A stretch of 64,000 nt of DNA, from NCBI GenBank assembly GCA_964057225.1, contig OZ059898.1, forward strand, positions 10,540,001 to 10,604,000, given 5' to 3'. Positions 35,592 to 49,258 of the stretch are shown here, in pieces. This DNA comes from Auanema rhodensis. Lineage: Eukaryota; Animalia; Nematoda. Position 1 is the first letter of the stretch. Every line of letters starts with the position of its first letter. The position numbers and the translations under genes are program-made. Under the pieces are notes generated by a model. It ran no database searches, was not told the origin of the DNA, and saw only the letters and a list, made by a program, of their open reading frames with translations.

Positions 35592-36154
35592 ACTTCATTT
35601 TTATAAAAAAATATCATTTATATTTTATAAAGACTGTTTTAGTTCAACAGTTTTACTCGCTTTAACAGTTTTACTTTACTTTTGTTGGAATTTCAAGTGT
35701 TATAATCAAATTAGGAAACAAGAAGTGTTTCTCTTTGATTTTTTTTCTTTGTTTAATCTTAATCATGGAAACTTTTAATAAAAACTGTTACCATATTTTA
35801 GCTGACAATCAGTTAATAGTAGAGAGAGCTAAACTTTATTTTTTTTCTTAAACTTACAATTGTCTTCAAATCGCTCAACTTTTTTCGTCGCTTTCTCTAT
35901 TTTATTCTACTGTTTTTGGAATTTCAAGTATTATAATCAAATAAGTAAACAAGAAGTGTTTCTCTTTGATTTTTTTTCTTTGTTTAATCTTAATCATGGA
36001 AACTTTCAATAAAAACTGTTACCTTATTTTAGCCGATAATCAGTTAATAGTTGAGATAGCTGAACTTTAATTCTTTTCTAAAACTTACAATTCTCTTCAA
36101 ATCAGTAGAACTTGACTTTTCATCATTTTTCGGAAACAATCTAACATTTTCGAA

Positions 36155-36225
36155 GCATCGGTGGTTCAGTGGTAGAATGCTCGCCTGCCACGCGGGCGAC
36201 CCGGGTTCGATTCCCGGCCGATGCA
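36155..36225 (+). tRNA. trnG-GCC: tRNA-Gly(GCC)
   Basis: Majority sequence. Confidence 0.95.
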
Positions 36226-37480
36226 ACTTCATTTTTATAAAAAAATATCATTTATATTTTATAAAGACTGTTTTAGTTCAACAGTTTTACTCGCTTTAAC
36301 AGTTTTACTTTACTTTTGTTGGAATTTCAAGTATTATAATCAAATAAGTAAACAAGAAGTGTTTCTCTTTGATTTTTTTTCTTTGTTTAATCTTAATCAT
36401 GGAAACTTTCAATAAAAACTGTTACCTTATTTTAGCCGATAATCAGTTAATAGTACAGATAGCTGAACTTTAATTTTTTTCTTCAACTTACAATTGTCTT
36501 CAAATCGTTCAACAGTTTTACTCGCTTGAATAGTTTTACTTTACTTTTGTTGGAATTTCAAGTGTTATAATCAAATTAGAAAACAAGAAGTGTTTCTCTT
36601 TGATTTTTTTTCTTTGTTTAATCTTAATCATGGAAACTTTTAATAAAAACTGTTACCATATTTTAGCCGACAATCAGTTAATAGTAGAGAGAGCTAAACT
36701 TTAATTCTTTTCTTCAACTTACAATTGTCTTCAAATCGTTCAACAGTCTTGCTCGCTTGAATAGTTTTACTTTACTTTTGTTGGAATTTCAACTGTTATA
36801 ATCAAATTAGAAAACAAGAAGTGTTTCTCTTTGATTTTTTTCTTTGTTTAATCTTAGTCATGGAAACTTTTAATAAAAACTGTTACCATATTTTAGCCGA
36901 CAATCAGTTAATAGTAGAGAGAGCTAAACTTTAATTTTTTTCTTCAACTTACAATTGTCTTCAAATCGTTCAACAGTTTTACTCGCTTGAATAGTTTTAC
37001 TTTACTTTTGTTGGAATTTCAAGTGTTATAATCAAATTAGAAAACAAGAAGTGTTTCTCTTTGATTTTTTTTCTTTGTTTAATCTTAATCATGGAAACTT
37101 TTAATAAAAACTGTTACCATATTTTAGCCGACAATCAGTTAATAGTAGAGAGAGCTAAACTTTATTTTTTTTCTTAAACTTACAATTGTCTTCAAATCGC
37201 TCAACTTTTTTCGTCGCTTTCTCTATTTTATTCTACTGTTTTTGGAATTTCAAGTATTATAATCAAATAAGTAAACAAGAAGTGTTTCTCTTTGATTTAT
37301 TTTCTTTGTTTAATCTTAATCATGGAAACTTTCAATAAAAACTGTTACCTTATTTTAGCCGATAATCAGTTAATAGTAGAGATAGCTGAACTTTAATTCT
37401 TTTCTAAAACTTACAATTCTCTTCTAATCAGTAGAACTTGACTTTTCATAATTTTTCGGAAACAATCTAACATTTTCGAA

Positions 37481-37551
37481 GCATCGGTGATTCAGTGGTA
37501 GAATGCTCGCCTGCCACGCGGGCGACCCGGGTTCGATTCCTGGCCGATGCA
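37481..37551 (+). tRNA. trnG-GCC: tRNA-Gly(GCC), G10A+C63T variant
   Basis: Same as 33560. Confidence 0.85.
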
Positions 37552-38807
37552 ACTTCATTTTTATAAAAAAATATCATTTATATTTTTTAAAGACTGTTTT
37601 AGTTCAACAGTTTTACTCGCTTTAACAGTTTTACTTTACTTTTGTTGGAATTTCAAGTGTTATAATCAAATTAGGAAACAAGAAGTGTTTCTCTTTGATT
37701 TTTTTTCTTTGTTTAATCTTAATCATGGAAACTTTTAATAAAAACTGTTACCATATTTTAGCCGACAATCAGTTAATAGTAGAGAGAGCTAAACTTTATT
37801 TTTTTTCTTAAACTTACAATTGTCTTCAAATCGCTCAACTTTTTTCGTCGCTTTCTCTATTTTATTCTACTGTTTTTGGAATTTCAAGTATTATAATCAA
37901 ATAAGTAAACAAGAAGTGTTTCTCTGTGATTTTTTTTCTTTGTTTAATCTTAATCATGGAAACTTTCAATAAAAACTGTTACCTTATTTTAGCCGATAAT
38001 CAGTTAATAGTAGAGATAGGTGAACTTTAATTCTTTTCTAAAACTTACAATTGTCTTCAAATCGTTCAACAGTCTTGCTCGCTTGAATAGTTTTACTTTA
38101 CTTTTGTTGGAATTTCAACTGTTATAATCAAATTAGAAAACAAGAAGTGTTTCTCTTTGATTTTTTTTCTTTGTTTAATCTTAGTCATGGAAACTTTTAA
38201 TAAAAACTGTTACCATATTTTAGCCGACAATCAGTTAATAGTAGAGAGAGCTAAACTTTAATTTTTTTCTTCAACTTACAATTGTCTTCAAATCGTTCAA
38301 CAGTTTTACTCGCTTGAATAGTTTTACTTTACTTTTGTTGGAATTTCAAGTGTTATAATCAAATTAGAAAACAAGAAGTGTTTCTCTTTGATTTTTTTTC
38401 TTTGTTTAATCTTAATCATGGAAACTTTTAATAAAAACTGTTACCATATTTTAGCCGACAATCAGTTAATAGTAGAGAGAGCTAAACTTTATTTTTTTTC
38501 TTAAACTTACAATTGTCTTCAAATCGCTCAACTTTTTTCGTCGCTTTCTCTATTTTATTCTACTGTTTTTGGAATTTCAAGTATTATAATCAAATAAGTA
38601 AACAAGAAGTGTTTCTCTTTGATTTTTTTTCTTTGTTTAATCTTAATCATGGACACTTTCAATAAAAACTGTTACCTTATTTTAGCCGATAATCAGTTAA
38701 TAGTAGAGATAGCTGAACTTTAATTCTTTTCTAAAACTTACAATTGTCTTCAAATCAGTAGAACTTGACTTTTCATAATTTTTCGGAAACAATCTAACAT
38801 TTTCGAA

Positions 38808-38878
38808 GCATCGGTGGTTCAGTGGTAGAATGCTCGCCTGCCACGCGGGCGACCCGGGTTCGATTCCCGGCCGATGCA
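38808..38878 (+). tRNA. trnG-GCC: tRNA-Gly(GCC)
   Basis: Majority sequence. Confidence 0.95.
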
Positions 38879-40365
38879 ACTTCATTTTTATAAAAAAATA
38901 TCATTTATATTTTATAAAGACTGTTTTAGTTCAACAGTTTTACTCGCTTTAACAGTTTTACTTTACTGTTTTTGGAATTTCAAGTATTATAATCAAATAA
39001 GTAAACAAGAAGTGTTTCTCTTTGATTTTTTTTCTTTGTTTAATCTTAATCATGGAAACTTTTAATAAAAACTGTTACCATATTTTAGCCGACAATCATT
39101 AAATAGTAGAGAGAGCTAAACTTTAATTTTTTTCTAATACTTACAATTGTCTTCAAATCGTTCAACAGTTTTACTCGCTTGAATAGTTTTACTTTACTTT
39201 TGTTGGAATTTCAAGTGTTATAATCAAATTAGAAAACAAGAAGTGTTTCTCTTTGATTTTTTTTCTTTGTTTAATCTTAATCATGGAAACTTTTAATAAA
39301 AACTGTTACCATATTTTAGCCGACAATCAGTTAATAGTAGAGAGAGCTAAACTTTAATTTTTTTCTTCAACTTACAATTGTCTTCAAATCGTTCAACAGT
39401 CTTGCTCGCTTGAATAGTTTTACTTTACTTTTGTTGGAATTTCAACTGTTATAATCAAATTAGAAAACAAGAAGTGTTTCTCTTTGATTTTTTTTCTTTG
39501 TTTAATCTTAGTCATGGAAACTTTTAATAAAAACTGTTATCATATTTTAGCCGACAATCAGTTAATAGTAGAGAGAGCTAAACTTTAATTTTTTTCTTCA
39601 ACTTACAATTGTCTTCAAATCGTTCAACAGTTTTACTCGCTTGAATAGTTTTACTTTACTTTTGTTGGAATTTCAAGTGTTATAATCAAATTAGAAAACA
39701 AGAAGTGTTTCTCTTTGATTTTTTTTCTTTGTTTAATCTTAATCATGGAAACTTTTAATAAAAACTGTTATCATATTTTAGCCGACATTCAGTTAATAGT
39801 AGAGAGAGCTAAACTTTAATTTTTTTCTTCAACTTACAATTGTCTTCAAATCGTTCAACAGTTTTACTCGCTTGAATAGTTTTACTTTACTTTTGTTGGA
39901 ATTTCAAGTGTTATAATCAAATTAGAAAACAAGAAGTGTTTCTCTTTGATTTTTTTTCTTTGTTTAATCTTAATCATGGAAACTTTTGATAAAAACTGTT
40001 ACCATATTTTAGCCGATAATCAGTTAATAGTAGAGAGAGCTAAACTTTATTTTTTTTCTTAAACTTACAATTGTCTTCAAATCGCTCAACTTTTTTCGTC
40101 GCTTAATCTATTTTATTCTACTGTTTTTGGAATTTCAAGTATTATAATCAAATAAGTAAACAAGAAGTGTTTCTCTTTGATTTTTTTTCTTTGTTTAATC
40201 TTAATCATGGAAACTTTCAATAAAAACTGTTACCTTATTTTAGCCGATAATCAGTTAATAGTAGAGATAGCTGAACTTTAATTCTTTTCTAAAACTTACA
40301 ATTCTCTTCAAATCAGTAGAACTTGACTTTTCATAATTTTTCGGAAACAATCTAACATTTTCGAA

Positions 40366-40436
40366 GCATCGGTGGTTCAGTGGTAGAATGCTCGCCTGCC
40401 ACGCGGGCGACCCGGGTTCGATTCCCGGCCGATGCA
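40366..40436 (+). tRNA. trnG-GCC: tRNA-Gly(GCC)
   Basis: Majority sequence. Confidence 0.95.
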
Positions 40437-41461
40437 ACTTCATTTTTATAAAAAAATATCATTTATATTTTATAAAGACTGTTTTAGTTCAACAGTTTTA
40501 CTCGCTTTAACAGTTTTACTTTACTTTTGTTGGAATTTCAAGTGTTATAATCAAATTAGGAAACAAGAAGTGTTTCTCTTTGATTTTTTTTCTTTGTTTA
40601 ATCTTAGTCATGGAAACTTTTAATAAAAACTGTTACCATATTTTAGCCGACAATCAGTTAATAGTAGAGAGAGCTAAACTTTAATTTTTTTCTTCAACTT
40701 ACAATTGTCTTCAAATCGTTCAACAGTCTTGCTCGCTTGAATAGTTTTACTTTACTTTTGTTGGAATTTCAACTGTTATAATCAAATTAGAAAACAAGAA
40801 GTGTTTCTCTTTGATTTTTTTACTTTGTTTAATCTTAATCATGGAAACTTTTAATAAAAACTGTTACCATATTTTAGCCGACAATCATTAAATAGTAGAG
40901 AGAGCTAAACTTTAATTTTTTTCTAATACTTACAATTCTCTTCAAATCGTTCAACTGTTTTTGTCGCTTTCTCAATTTTATTCTACTGTTTTTGGAATTT
41001 CAAGTATTATAATCAAATAAGTAAACAAGAAGTGTTTCTCTTTGATTTTTTTTCTTTGTTTAATCTTAATCATGGAAACTTTTAATAAAAACTGTTACCA
41101 TATTTTAGCCGACAATCATTAAATAGTAGAGAGAGCTAAACTTTAATTTTTTTCTAATACTTACAATTCTCTTCAAATCGTTCAACTGTTTTTGTCGCTT
41201 TCTCAATTTTATTCTAGTGTTTTTGGAATTTCAAGTATTATAATCAAATAAGTAAACAAGAAGTGTTTCTCTTTGATTTATTTTCTTTGTTTAATCTTAA
41301 TCATGGAAACTTTCAATAAAAACTGTTACCTTATTTTAGCCGATAATCAGTTAATAGTAGAGATAGCTGAACTTTAATTCTTTTCTAAAACTTACAATTC
41401 TCTTCAAATCAGTAGAACTTGACTTTTCATAATTTTTCGGAAACAATCTAACATTTTCGAA

Positions 41462-41532
41462 GCATCGGTGGTTCAGTGGTAGAATGCTCGCCTGCCACGC
41501 GGGCGACCCGGGTTCGATTCCCGGCCGATGCA
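41462..41532 (+). tRNA. trnG-GCC: tRNA-Gly(GCC)
   Basis: Majority sequence. Confidence 0.95.
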
Positions 41533-42092
41533 ACTTCATTTTTATAAAAAAATATCATTTATATTTTATAAAGACTGTTTTAGTTCAACAGTTTTACTCG
41601 CTTTAACAGTTTTACTTTACTTTTGTTGGAATTTCAAGTGTTATAATCAAATTAGGAAACAAGAAGTGTTTCTCTTTGATTTTTTTTTGTTTAATCTTAA
41701 TCATGGAAACTTTTAATAAAAACTGTTACCATATTTTAGCCGACAATCAGTTAATAGTAGAGAGAGCTAAACTTTATTTTTTTTCTTAAACTTACAATTG
41801 TCTTCAAATCGCTCAACTTTTTTCGTCGCTTTCTCTATTTTATTCTACTGTTTTTGGAATTTCAAGTATTATAATCAAATAAGTAAACAAGAAGTGTTTC
41901 TCTTTGATTTTTTTTCTTTGTTTAATCTTAATCATGGAAACTTTCAATAAAAACTGTTACCTTATTTTAGCCGATAATCAGTTAATAGTAGAGATAGCTG
42001 AACTTTAATTCTTTTCTAAAACTTACAATTCTCTTCAAATCAGTAGAACTTGACTTTTCATAATTTTTCGGAAACAATCTAACATTTTCGAA

Positions 42093-42163
42093 GCATCGGT
42101 GGTTCAGTGGTAGAATGCTCGCCTGCCACGCGGGCGACCCGGGTTCGATTCCCGGCCGATGCA
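42093..42163 (+). tRNA. trnG-GCC: tRNA-Gly(GCC)
   Basis: Majority sequence. Confidence 0.95.
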
Positions 42164-44112
42164 ACTTCATTTTTATAAAAAAATATCATTTATATTTTAT
42201 AAAGACTGTTTTAGTTCAACAGTTTTACTCGCTTTAACAGTTTTACTTTACTTTTGTTGGAATTTCAAGTGTTATAATCAAATTAGGAAACAAGAAGTGT
42301 TTCTCTTTGATTTTTTTTCTTTGTTTAATCTTAATCATGGAAACTTTCAATAAAAACTGTTACCTTATTTTAGCCGATAATCAGTTAATAGTACAGATAG
42401 CTAAACTTTAATTTTTTTCTTCAACTTACAATTGTCTTCAAATCGTTCAACAGTTTTACTCGCTTGAATAGTTTTACTTTACTTTTGTTGGAATTTCAAG
42501 TGTTATAATCAAATTAGAAAACAAGAAGTGTTTCTCTTTGATTTTTTTTCTTTGTTTAATCTCAATCATGGAAACTTTTAATAAAAACTGTTATCATATT
42601 TTAGCCGACAATCATTAAATAGTAGAGAGAGCTAAACTTTAATTTTTTTCTAATACTTACAATTCTCTTCAAATCGTTCAACTGTTTTTGTCGCTTTCTC
42701 AATTTTATTCTACTGTTTTTGGAATTTCAAGTATTATAATCAAATAAGTAAACAAGAAGTGTTTCTCTTTGATTTTTTTTCTTTGTTTAATCTTAATCAT
42801 GGAAACTTTTAATAAAAACTGTTACCATATTTTAGCCGACAATCATTAAATAGTAGAGAGAGCTAAACTTTATTTTTTTTCTAATACTTACAATTCTCTT
42901 CAAATCGTTCAACTGTTTTTGTCGCTTTCTCAATTTTATTCTACTGTTTTTGGAATTTCAAGTATTATAATCAAATAAGTAAACAAGAAGTGTTTCTCTT
43001 TGATTTTTTTTCTTTGTTTAATCTTAATCATGGAAACTTTTAATAAAAACTGTTACCATATTTTAGCCGACAATCATTAAATAGTAGAGAGAGCTAAACT
43101 TTAATTTTTTTCTAATACTTACAATTCTCTTCAAATCGTTCAACTGTTTTTGTCGCTTTCTCAATTTTATTCTACTGTTTTTGGAATTTCAAGTATTATA
43201 ATCAAATAAGTAAACAAGAAGTGTTTCTCTTTGATTTTTTTTCTTTGTTTAATCTTAATCATGGAAACTTTTAATAAAAACTGTTACCATATTTTAGCCG
43301 ACAATCATTAAATAGTAGAGAGAGCTAAACTTTATTTTTTTTCTAATACTTACAATTCTCTTCAAATCGTTCAACTGTTTTTGTCGCTTTCTCAATTTTA
43401 TTCTACTGTTTTTGGAATTTCAAGTATTATAATCAAATAAGTAAACAAGAAGTGTTTCTCTTTGATTTTTTTTCTTTGTTTAATCTTAATCATGGAAACT
43501 TTTAATAAAAACTGTTACCATATTTTAGCCGACAATCATTAAATAGTAGAGAGAGCTAAACTTTAATTTTTTTCTAATACTTACAATTCTCTTCAAATCG
43601 TTCAACTGTTTTTGTCGCTTTCTCAATTTTATTCTAGTGTTTTTGGAATTTCAAGTATTATAATCAAATAAGTAAACAAGAAGTGTTTCTCTTTGATTTA
43701 TTTTCTTTGTTTAATCTTAATCATGGAAACTTTTAATAAAAACTGTTACCATATTTTAGCCGACAATCATTAAATAGTAGAGAGAGCTAAACTTTAATTT
43801 TTTTCTAATACTTACAATTCTCTTCAAATCGTTCAACTGTTTTTGTCGCTTTCTCAATTTTATTCTAGTGTTTTTGGAATTTCAAGTATTATAATCAAAT
43901 AAGTAAACAAGAAGTGTTTCTCTTTGATTTATTTACTTTGTTTAATCTTAATCATGGAAACTTTCAATAAAAACTGTTACCTTATTTTAGCCGATAATCA
44001 GTTAATAGTAGAGATAGCTGAACTTTAATTCTTTTCTAAAACTTACAATTCTCTTCAAATCAGTAGAACTTGACTTTTCATAATTTTTCGGAAACAATCT
44101 AACATTTTCGAA

Positions 44113-44183
44113 GCATCGGTGGTTCAGTGGTAGAATGCTCGCCTGCCACGCGGGCGACCCGGGTTCGATTCCCGGCCGATGCA
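44113..44183 (+). tRNA. trnG-GCC: tRNA-Gly(GCC)
   Basis: Majority sequence. Confidence 0.95.
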
Positions 44184-45208
44184 ACTTCATTTTTATAAAA
44201 AAATATCATTTATATTTTATAAAGACTGTTTTAGTTCAACAGTTTTACTCGCTTTAACAGTTTTACTTTACTTTTGTTGGAATTTCAAGTGTTATAATCA
44301 AATTAGGAAACAAGAAGTGTTTCTCTTTGATTTTTTTTCTTTGTTTAATCTTAATCATGGAAACTTTCAATAAAAACTGTTACCTTATTTTAGCCGATAA
44401 TCAGTTAATAGTACAGATAGCTAAACTTTAATTTTTTTCTTCAACTTACAATTGTCTTCAAATCGTTCAACAGTTTTACTCGCTTGAATAGTTTTACTTT
44501 ACTTTTGTTGGAATTTCAAGTGTTATAATCAAATTAGAAAACAAGAAGTGTTTCTCTTTGATTTTTTTTCTTTGTTTAATCTCAATCATGGAAACTTTTA
44601 ATAAAAACTGTTATCATATTTTAGCCGACAATCATTAAATAGTAGAGAGAGCTAAACTTTAATTTTTTTCTAATACTTACAATTCTCTTCAAATCGTTAA
44701 ACTGTTTTTGTCGCTTTCTCAATTTTATTCTACTGTTTTTGGAATTTCAAGTATTATAATCAAATAAGTAAACAAGAAGTGTTTCTCTTTGATTTTTTTT
44801 CTTTGTTTAATCTTAATCATGGAAACTTTTAATAAAAACTGTTACCATATTTTAGCCGACAATCATTAAATAGTAGAGAGAGCTAAACTTTAATTTTTTT
44901 CTAATACTTACAATTCTCTTCAAATCGTTCAACTGTTTTTGTCGCTTTCTCAATTTTATTCTAGTGTTTTTGGAATTTCAAGTATTATAATCAAATAAGT
45001 AAACAAGAAGTGTTTCTCTTTGATTTATTTACTTTGTTTAATCTTAATCATGGAAACTTTCAATAAAAACTGTTACCTTATTTTAGCCGATAATCAGTTA
45101 ATAGTAGAGATAGCTGAACTTTAATTCTTTTCTAAAACTTACAATTCTCTTCAAATCAGTAGAACTTGACTTTTCATAATTTTTCGGAAACAATCTAACA
45201 TTTTCGAA

Positions 45209-45279
45209 GCATCGGTGGTTCAGTGGTAGAATGCTCGCCTGCCACGCGGGCGACCCGGGTTCGATTCCCGGCCGATGCA
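45209..45279 (+). tRNA. trnG-GCC: tRNA-Gly(GCC)
   Basis: Majority sequence. Confidence 0.95.
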
Positions 45280-46535
45280 ACTTCATTTTTATAAAAAAAT
45301 ATCATTTATATTTTATAAAGACTGTTTTAGTTCAACAGTTTTACTCGCTTTAACAGTTTTACTTTACTTTTGTTGGAATTTCAAGTGTTATAATCAAATT
45401 AGGAAACAAGAAGTGTTTCTCTTTGATTTTTTTTCTTTGTTTAATCTTAATCATGGAAACTTTCAATAAAAACTGTTACCTTATTTTAGCCGATAATCAG
45501 TTAATAGTACAGATAGCTAAACTTTAATTTTTTTCTTCAACTTACAATTGTCTTCAAATCGTTCAACAGTTTTACTCGCTTGAATAGTTTTACTTTACTT
45601 TTGTTGGAATTTCAAGTGTTATAATCAAATTAGAAAACAAGAAGTGTTTCTCTTTGATTTTTTTTCTTTGTTTAATCTCAATCATGGAAACTTTTAATAA
45701 AAACTGTTATCATATTTTAGCCGACAATCATTAAATAGTAGAGAGAGCTAAACTTTAATTTTTTTCTAATACTTACAATTCTCTTCAAATCGTTAAACTG
45801 TTTTTGTCGCTTTCTCAATTTTATTCTACTGTTTTTGGAATTTCAAGTATTATAATCAAATAAGTAAACAAGAAGTGTTTCTCTTTGATTTTTTTTCTTT
45901 GTTTAATCTTAATCATGGAAACTTTTAATAAAAACTGTTACCATATTTTAGCCGACAATCATTAAATAGTAGAGAGAGCTAAACTTTATTTTTTTTCTAA
46001 TACTTACAATTCTCTTCAAATCGTTCAACTGTTTTTGTCGCTTTCTCAATTTTATTCTACTGTTTTTGGAATTTCAAGTATTATAATCAAATAAGTAAAC
46101 AAGAAGTGTTTCTCTTTGATTTTTTTTCTTTGTTTAATCTTAATCATGGAAACTTTTAATAAAAACTGTTACCATATTTTAGCCGACAATCATTAAATAG
46201 TAGAGAGAGCTAAACTTTAATTTTTTTCTAATACTTACAATTCTCTTCAAATCGTTCAACTGTTTTTGTCGCTTTATCAATTTTATTCTAGTGTTTTTGG
46301 AATTTCAAGTATTATAATCAAATAAGTAAACAAGAAGTGTTTCTCTTTGATTTATTTTCTTTGTTTAATCTTAATCATGGAAACTTTCAATAAAAACTGT
46401 TACCTTATTTTAGCCGATAATCAGTTAATAGTAGAGATAGCTGAACTTTAATTCTTTTCTAAAACTTACAATTCTCTTCAAATCAGTAGAACTTGACTTT
46501 TCATAATTTTTCGGAAACAATCTAACATTTTCGAA

Positions 46536-46606
46536 GCATCGGTGGTTCAGTGGTAGAATGCTCGCCTGCCACGCGGGCGACCCGGGTTCGATTCCCGGCC
46601 GATGCA
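46536..46606 (+). tRNA. trnG-GCC: tRNA-Gly(GCC)
   Basis: Majority sequence. Confidence 0.95.
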
Positions 46607-47860
46607 ACTTCATTTTTATAAAAAAATATCATTTATATTTTATAAAGACTGTTTTAGTTCAACAGTTTCACTCGCTTTAACAGTTTTACTTTACTTTTGT
46701 TGGAATTTCAAGTGTTATAATCAAATTAGGAAACAAGAAGTGTTTCTCTTTGATTTTTTTTTTGTTTAATCTTAATCATGGAAACTTTTAATAAAAACTG
46801 TTACCATATTTTAGCCGACAATCAGTTAATAGTAGAGAGAGCTAAACTTTATTTTTTTTCTTAAACTTACAATTGTCTTCAAATCGCTCAACTTTTTTCG
46901 TCGCTTTCTCTATTTTATTCTACTGTTTTTGGAATTTCAAGTATTATAATCAAATAAGTAAACAAGAAGTGTTTCTCTTTGATTTTTTTTCTTTGTTTAA
47001 TCTTAATCATGGAAACTTTCAATAAAAACTGTTACCTTATTTTAGCCGATAATCAGTTAATAGTAGAGATAGCTGAACTTTAATTCTTTTCTAAAACTTA
47101 CAATTCTCTTCAAATCGTTCAACAGTCTTGCTCGCTTGAATAGTTTTACTTTACTTTTGTTGGAATTTCAACTGTTATAATCAAATTAGAAAACAAGAAG
47201 TGTTTCTCTTTGATTTTTTTTCTTTGTTTAATCTTAGTCATGGAAACTTTTAATAAAAACTGTTACCATATTTTAGCCGACAATCAGTTAATAGTAGAGA
47301 GAGCTAAACTTTAATTTTTTTCTTCAACTTACAATTGTCTTCAAATCGTTCAACAGTTTTACTCGCTTGAATAGTTTTACTTTACTTTTGTTGGAATTTC
47401 AAGTGTTATAATCAAATTAGAAAACAAGAAGTGTTTCTCTTTGATTTTTTTTCTTTGTTTAATCTTAATCATGGAAACTTTTAATAAAAACTGTTACCAT
47501 ATTTTAGCCGACAATCAGTTAATAGTAGAGAGAGCTAAACTTTATTTTTTTTCTTAAACTTACAATTGTCTTCAAATCGCTCAACTTTTTTCGTCGCTTT
47601 CTCTATTTTATTCTACTGTTTTTGGAATTTCAAGTATTATAATCAAATAAGTAAACAAGAAGTGTTTCTCTTTGATTTATTTTCTTTGTTTAATCTTAAT
47701 CATGGAAACTTTCAATAAAAACTGTTACCTTATTTTAGCCGATAATCAGTTAATAGTAGAGATAGCTGAACTTTAATTCTTTTCTAAAACTTACAATTCT
47801 CTTCAAATCAGTAGAACTTGACTTTTCATAATTTTTCGGAAACAATCTAACATTTTCGAA

Positions 47861-47931
47861 GCATCGGTGATTCAGTGGTAGAATGCTCGCCTGCCACGCG
47901 GGCGACCCGGGTTCGATTCCTGGCCGATGCA
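47861..47931 (+). tRNA. trnG-GCC: tRNA-Gly(GCC), G10A+C63T variant
   Basis: Same as 33560. Confidence 0.85.
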
Positions 47932-49187
47932 ACTTCATTTTTATAAAAAAATATCATTTATATTTTATAAAGACTGTTTTAGTTCAACAGTTTTACTCGC
48001 TTTAACAGTTTTACTTTACTTTTGTTGGAATTTCAAGTGTTATAATCAAATTAGGAAACAAGAAGTGTTTCTCTTTGATTTTTTTTCTTTGTTTAATCTT
48101 AATCATGGAAACTTTTAATAAAAACTGTTACCATATTTTAGCCGACAATCAGTTAATAGTAGAGAGAGCTAAACTTTATTTTTTTTCTTAAACTTACAAT
48201 TGTCTTCAAATCGCTCAACTTTTTTCGTCGCTTTCTCTATTTTATTCTACTGTTTTTGGAATTTCAAGTATTATAATCAAATAAGTAAACAAGAAGTGTT
48301 TCTCTTTGATTTTTTTTCTTTGTTTAATCTTAATCATGGAAACTTTCAATAAAAACTGTTACCTTATTTTAGCCGATAATCAGTTAATAGTAGAGATAGG
48401 TGAACTTTAATTCTTTTCTAAAACTTACAATTGTCTTCAAATCGTTCAACAGTCTTGCTCGCTTGAATAGTTTTACTTTACTTTTGTTGGAATTTCAACT
48501 GTTATAATCAAATTAGAAAACAAGAAGTGTTTCTCTTTGATTTTTTTTCTTTGTTTAATCTTAGTCATGGAAACTTTTAATAAAAACTGTTACCATATTT
48601 TAGCCGACAATCAGTTAATAGTAGAGAGAGCTAAACTTTAATTTTTTTCTTCAACTTACAATTGTCTTCAAATCGTTCAACAGTTTTACTCGCTTGAATA
48701 GTTTTACTTTACTTTTGTTGGAATTTCAAGTGTTATAATCAAATTAGAAAACAAGAAGTGTTTCTCTTTGATTTTTTTTCTTTGTTTAATCTTAATCATG
48801 GAAACTTTTAATAAAAACTGTTACCATATTTTAGCCGACAATCAGTTAATAGTAGAGAGAGCTAAACTTTATTTTTTTTCTTAAACTTACAATTGTCTTC
48901 AAATCGCTCAACTTTTTTCGTCGCTTTCTCTATTTTATTCTACTGTTTTTGGAATTTCAAGTATTATAATCAAATAAGTAAACAAGAAGTGTTTCTCTTT
49001 GATTTTTTTTCTTTGTTTAATCTTAATCATGGACACTTTCAATAAAAACTGTTACCTCATTTTAGCCGATAATCAGTTAATAGTAGAGATAGCTGAACTT
49101 TAATTCTTTTCTAAAACTTACAATTCTCTTCAAATCAGTAGAACTTGACTTTTCATAATTTTTCGGAAACAATCTAACATTTTCGAA

Positions 49188-49258
49188 GCATCGGTGGTTC
49201 AGTGGTAGAATGCTCGCCTGCCACGCGGGCGACCCGGGTTCGATTCCCGGCCGATGCA
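49188..49258 (+). tRNA. trnG-GCC: tRNA-Gly(GCC)
   Basis: Majority sequence. Confidence 0.95.

Larger units (their letters stand above)
31270..37760. repeat. Higher-order repeat, 1960-1961 bp (7 monomers + 2 cassettes), about 3.3 copies
   Basis: tRNA starts 31599/33560/35521/37481 and 32233/34194/36155; 7x231+2x172=1961; boundaries approximate. Confidence 0.9.
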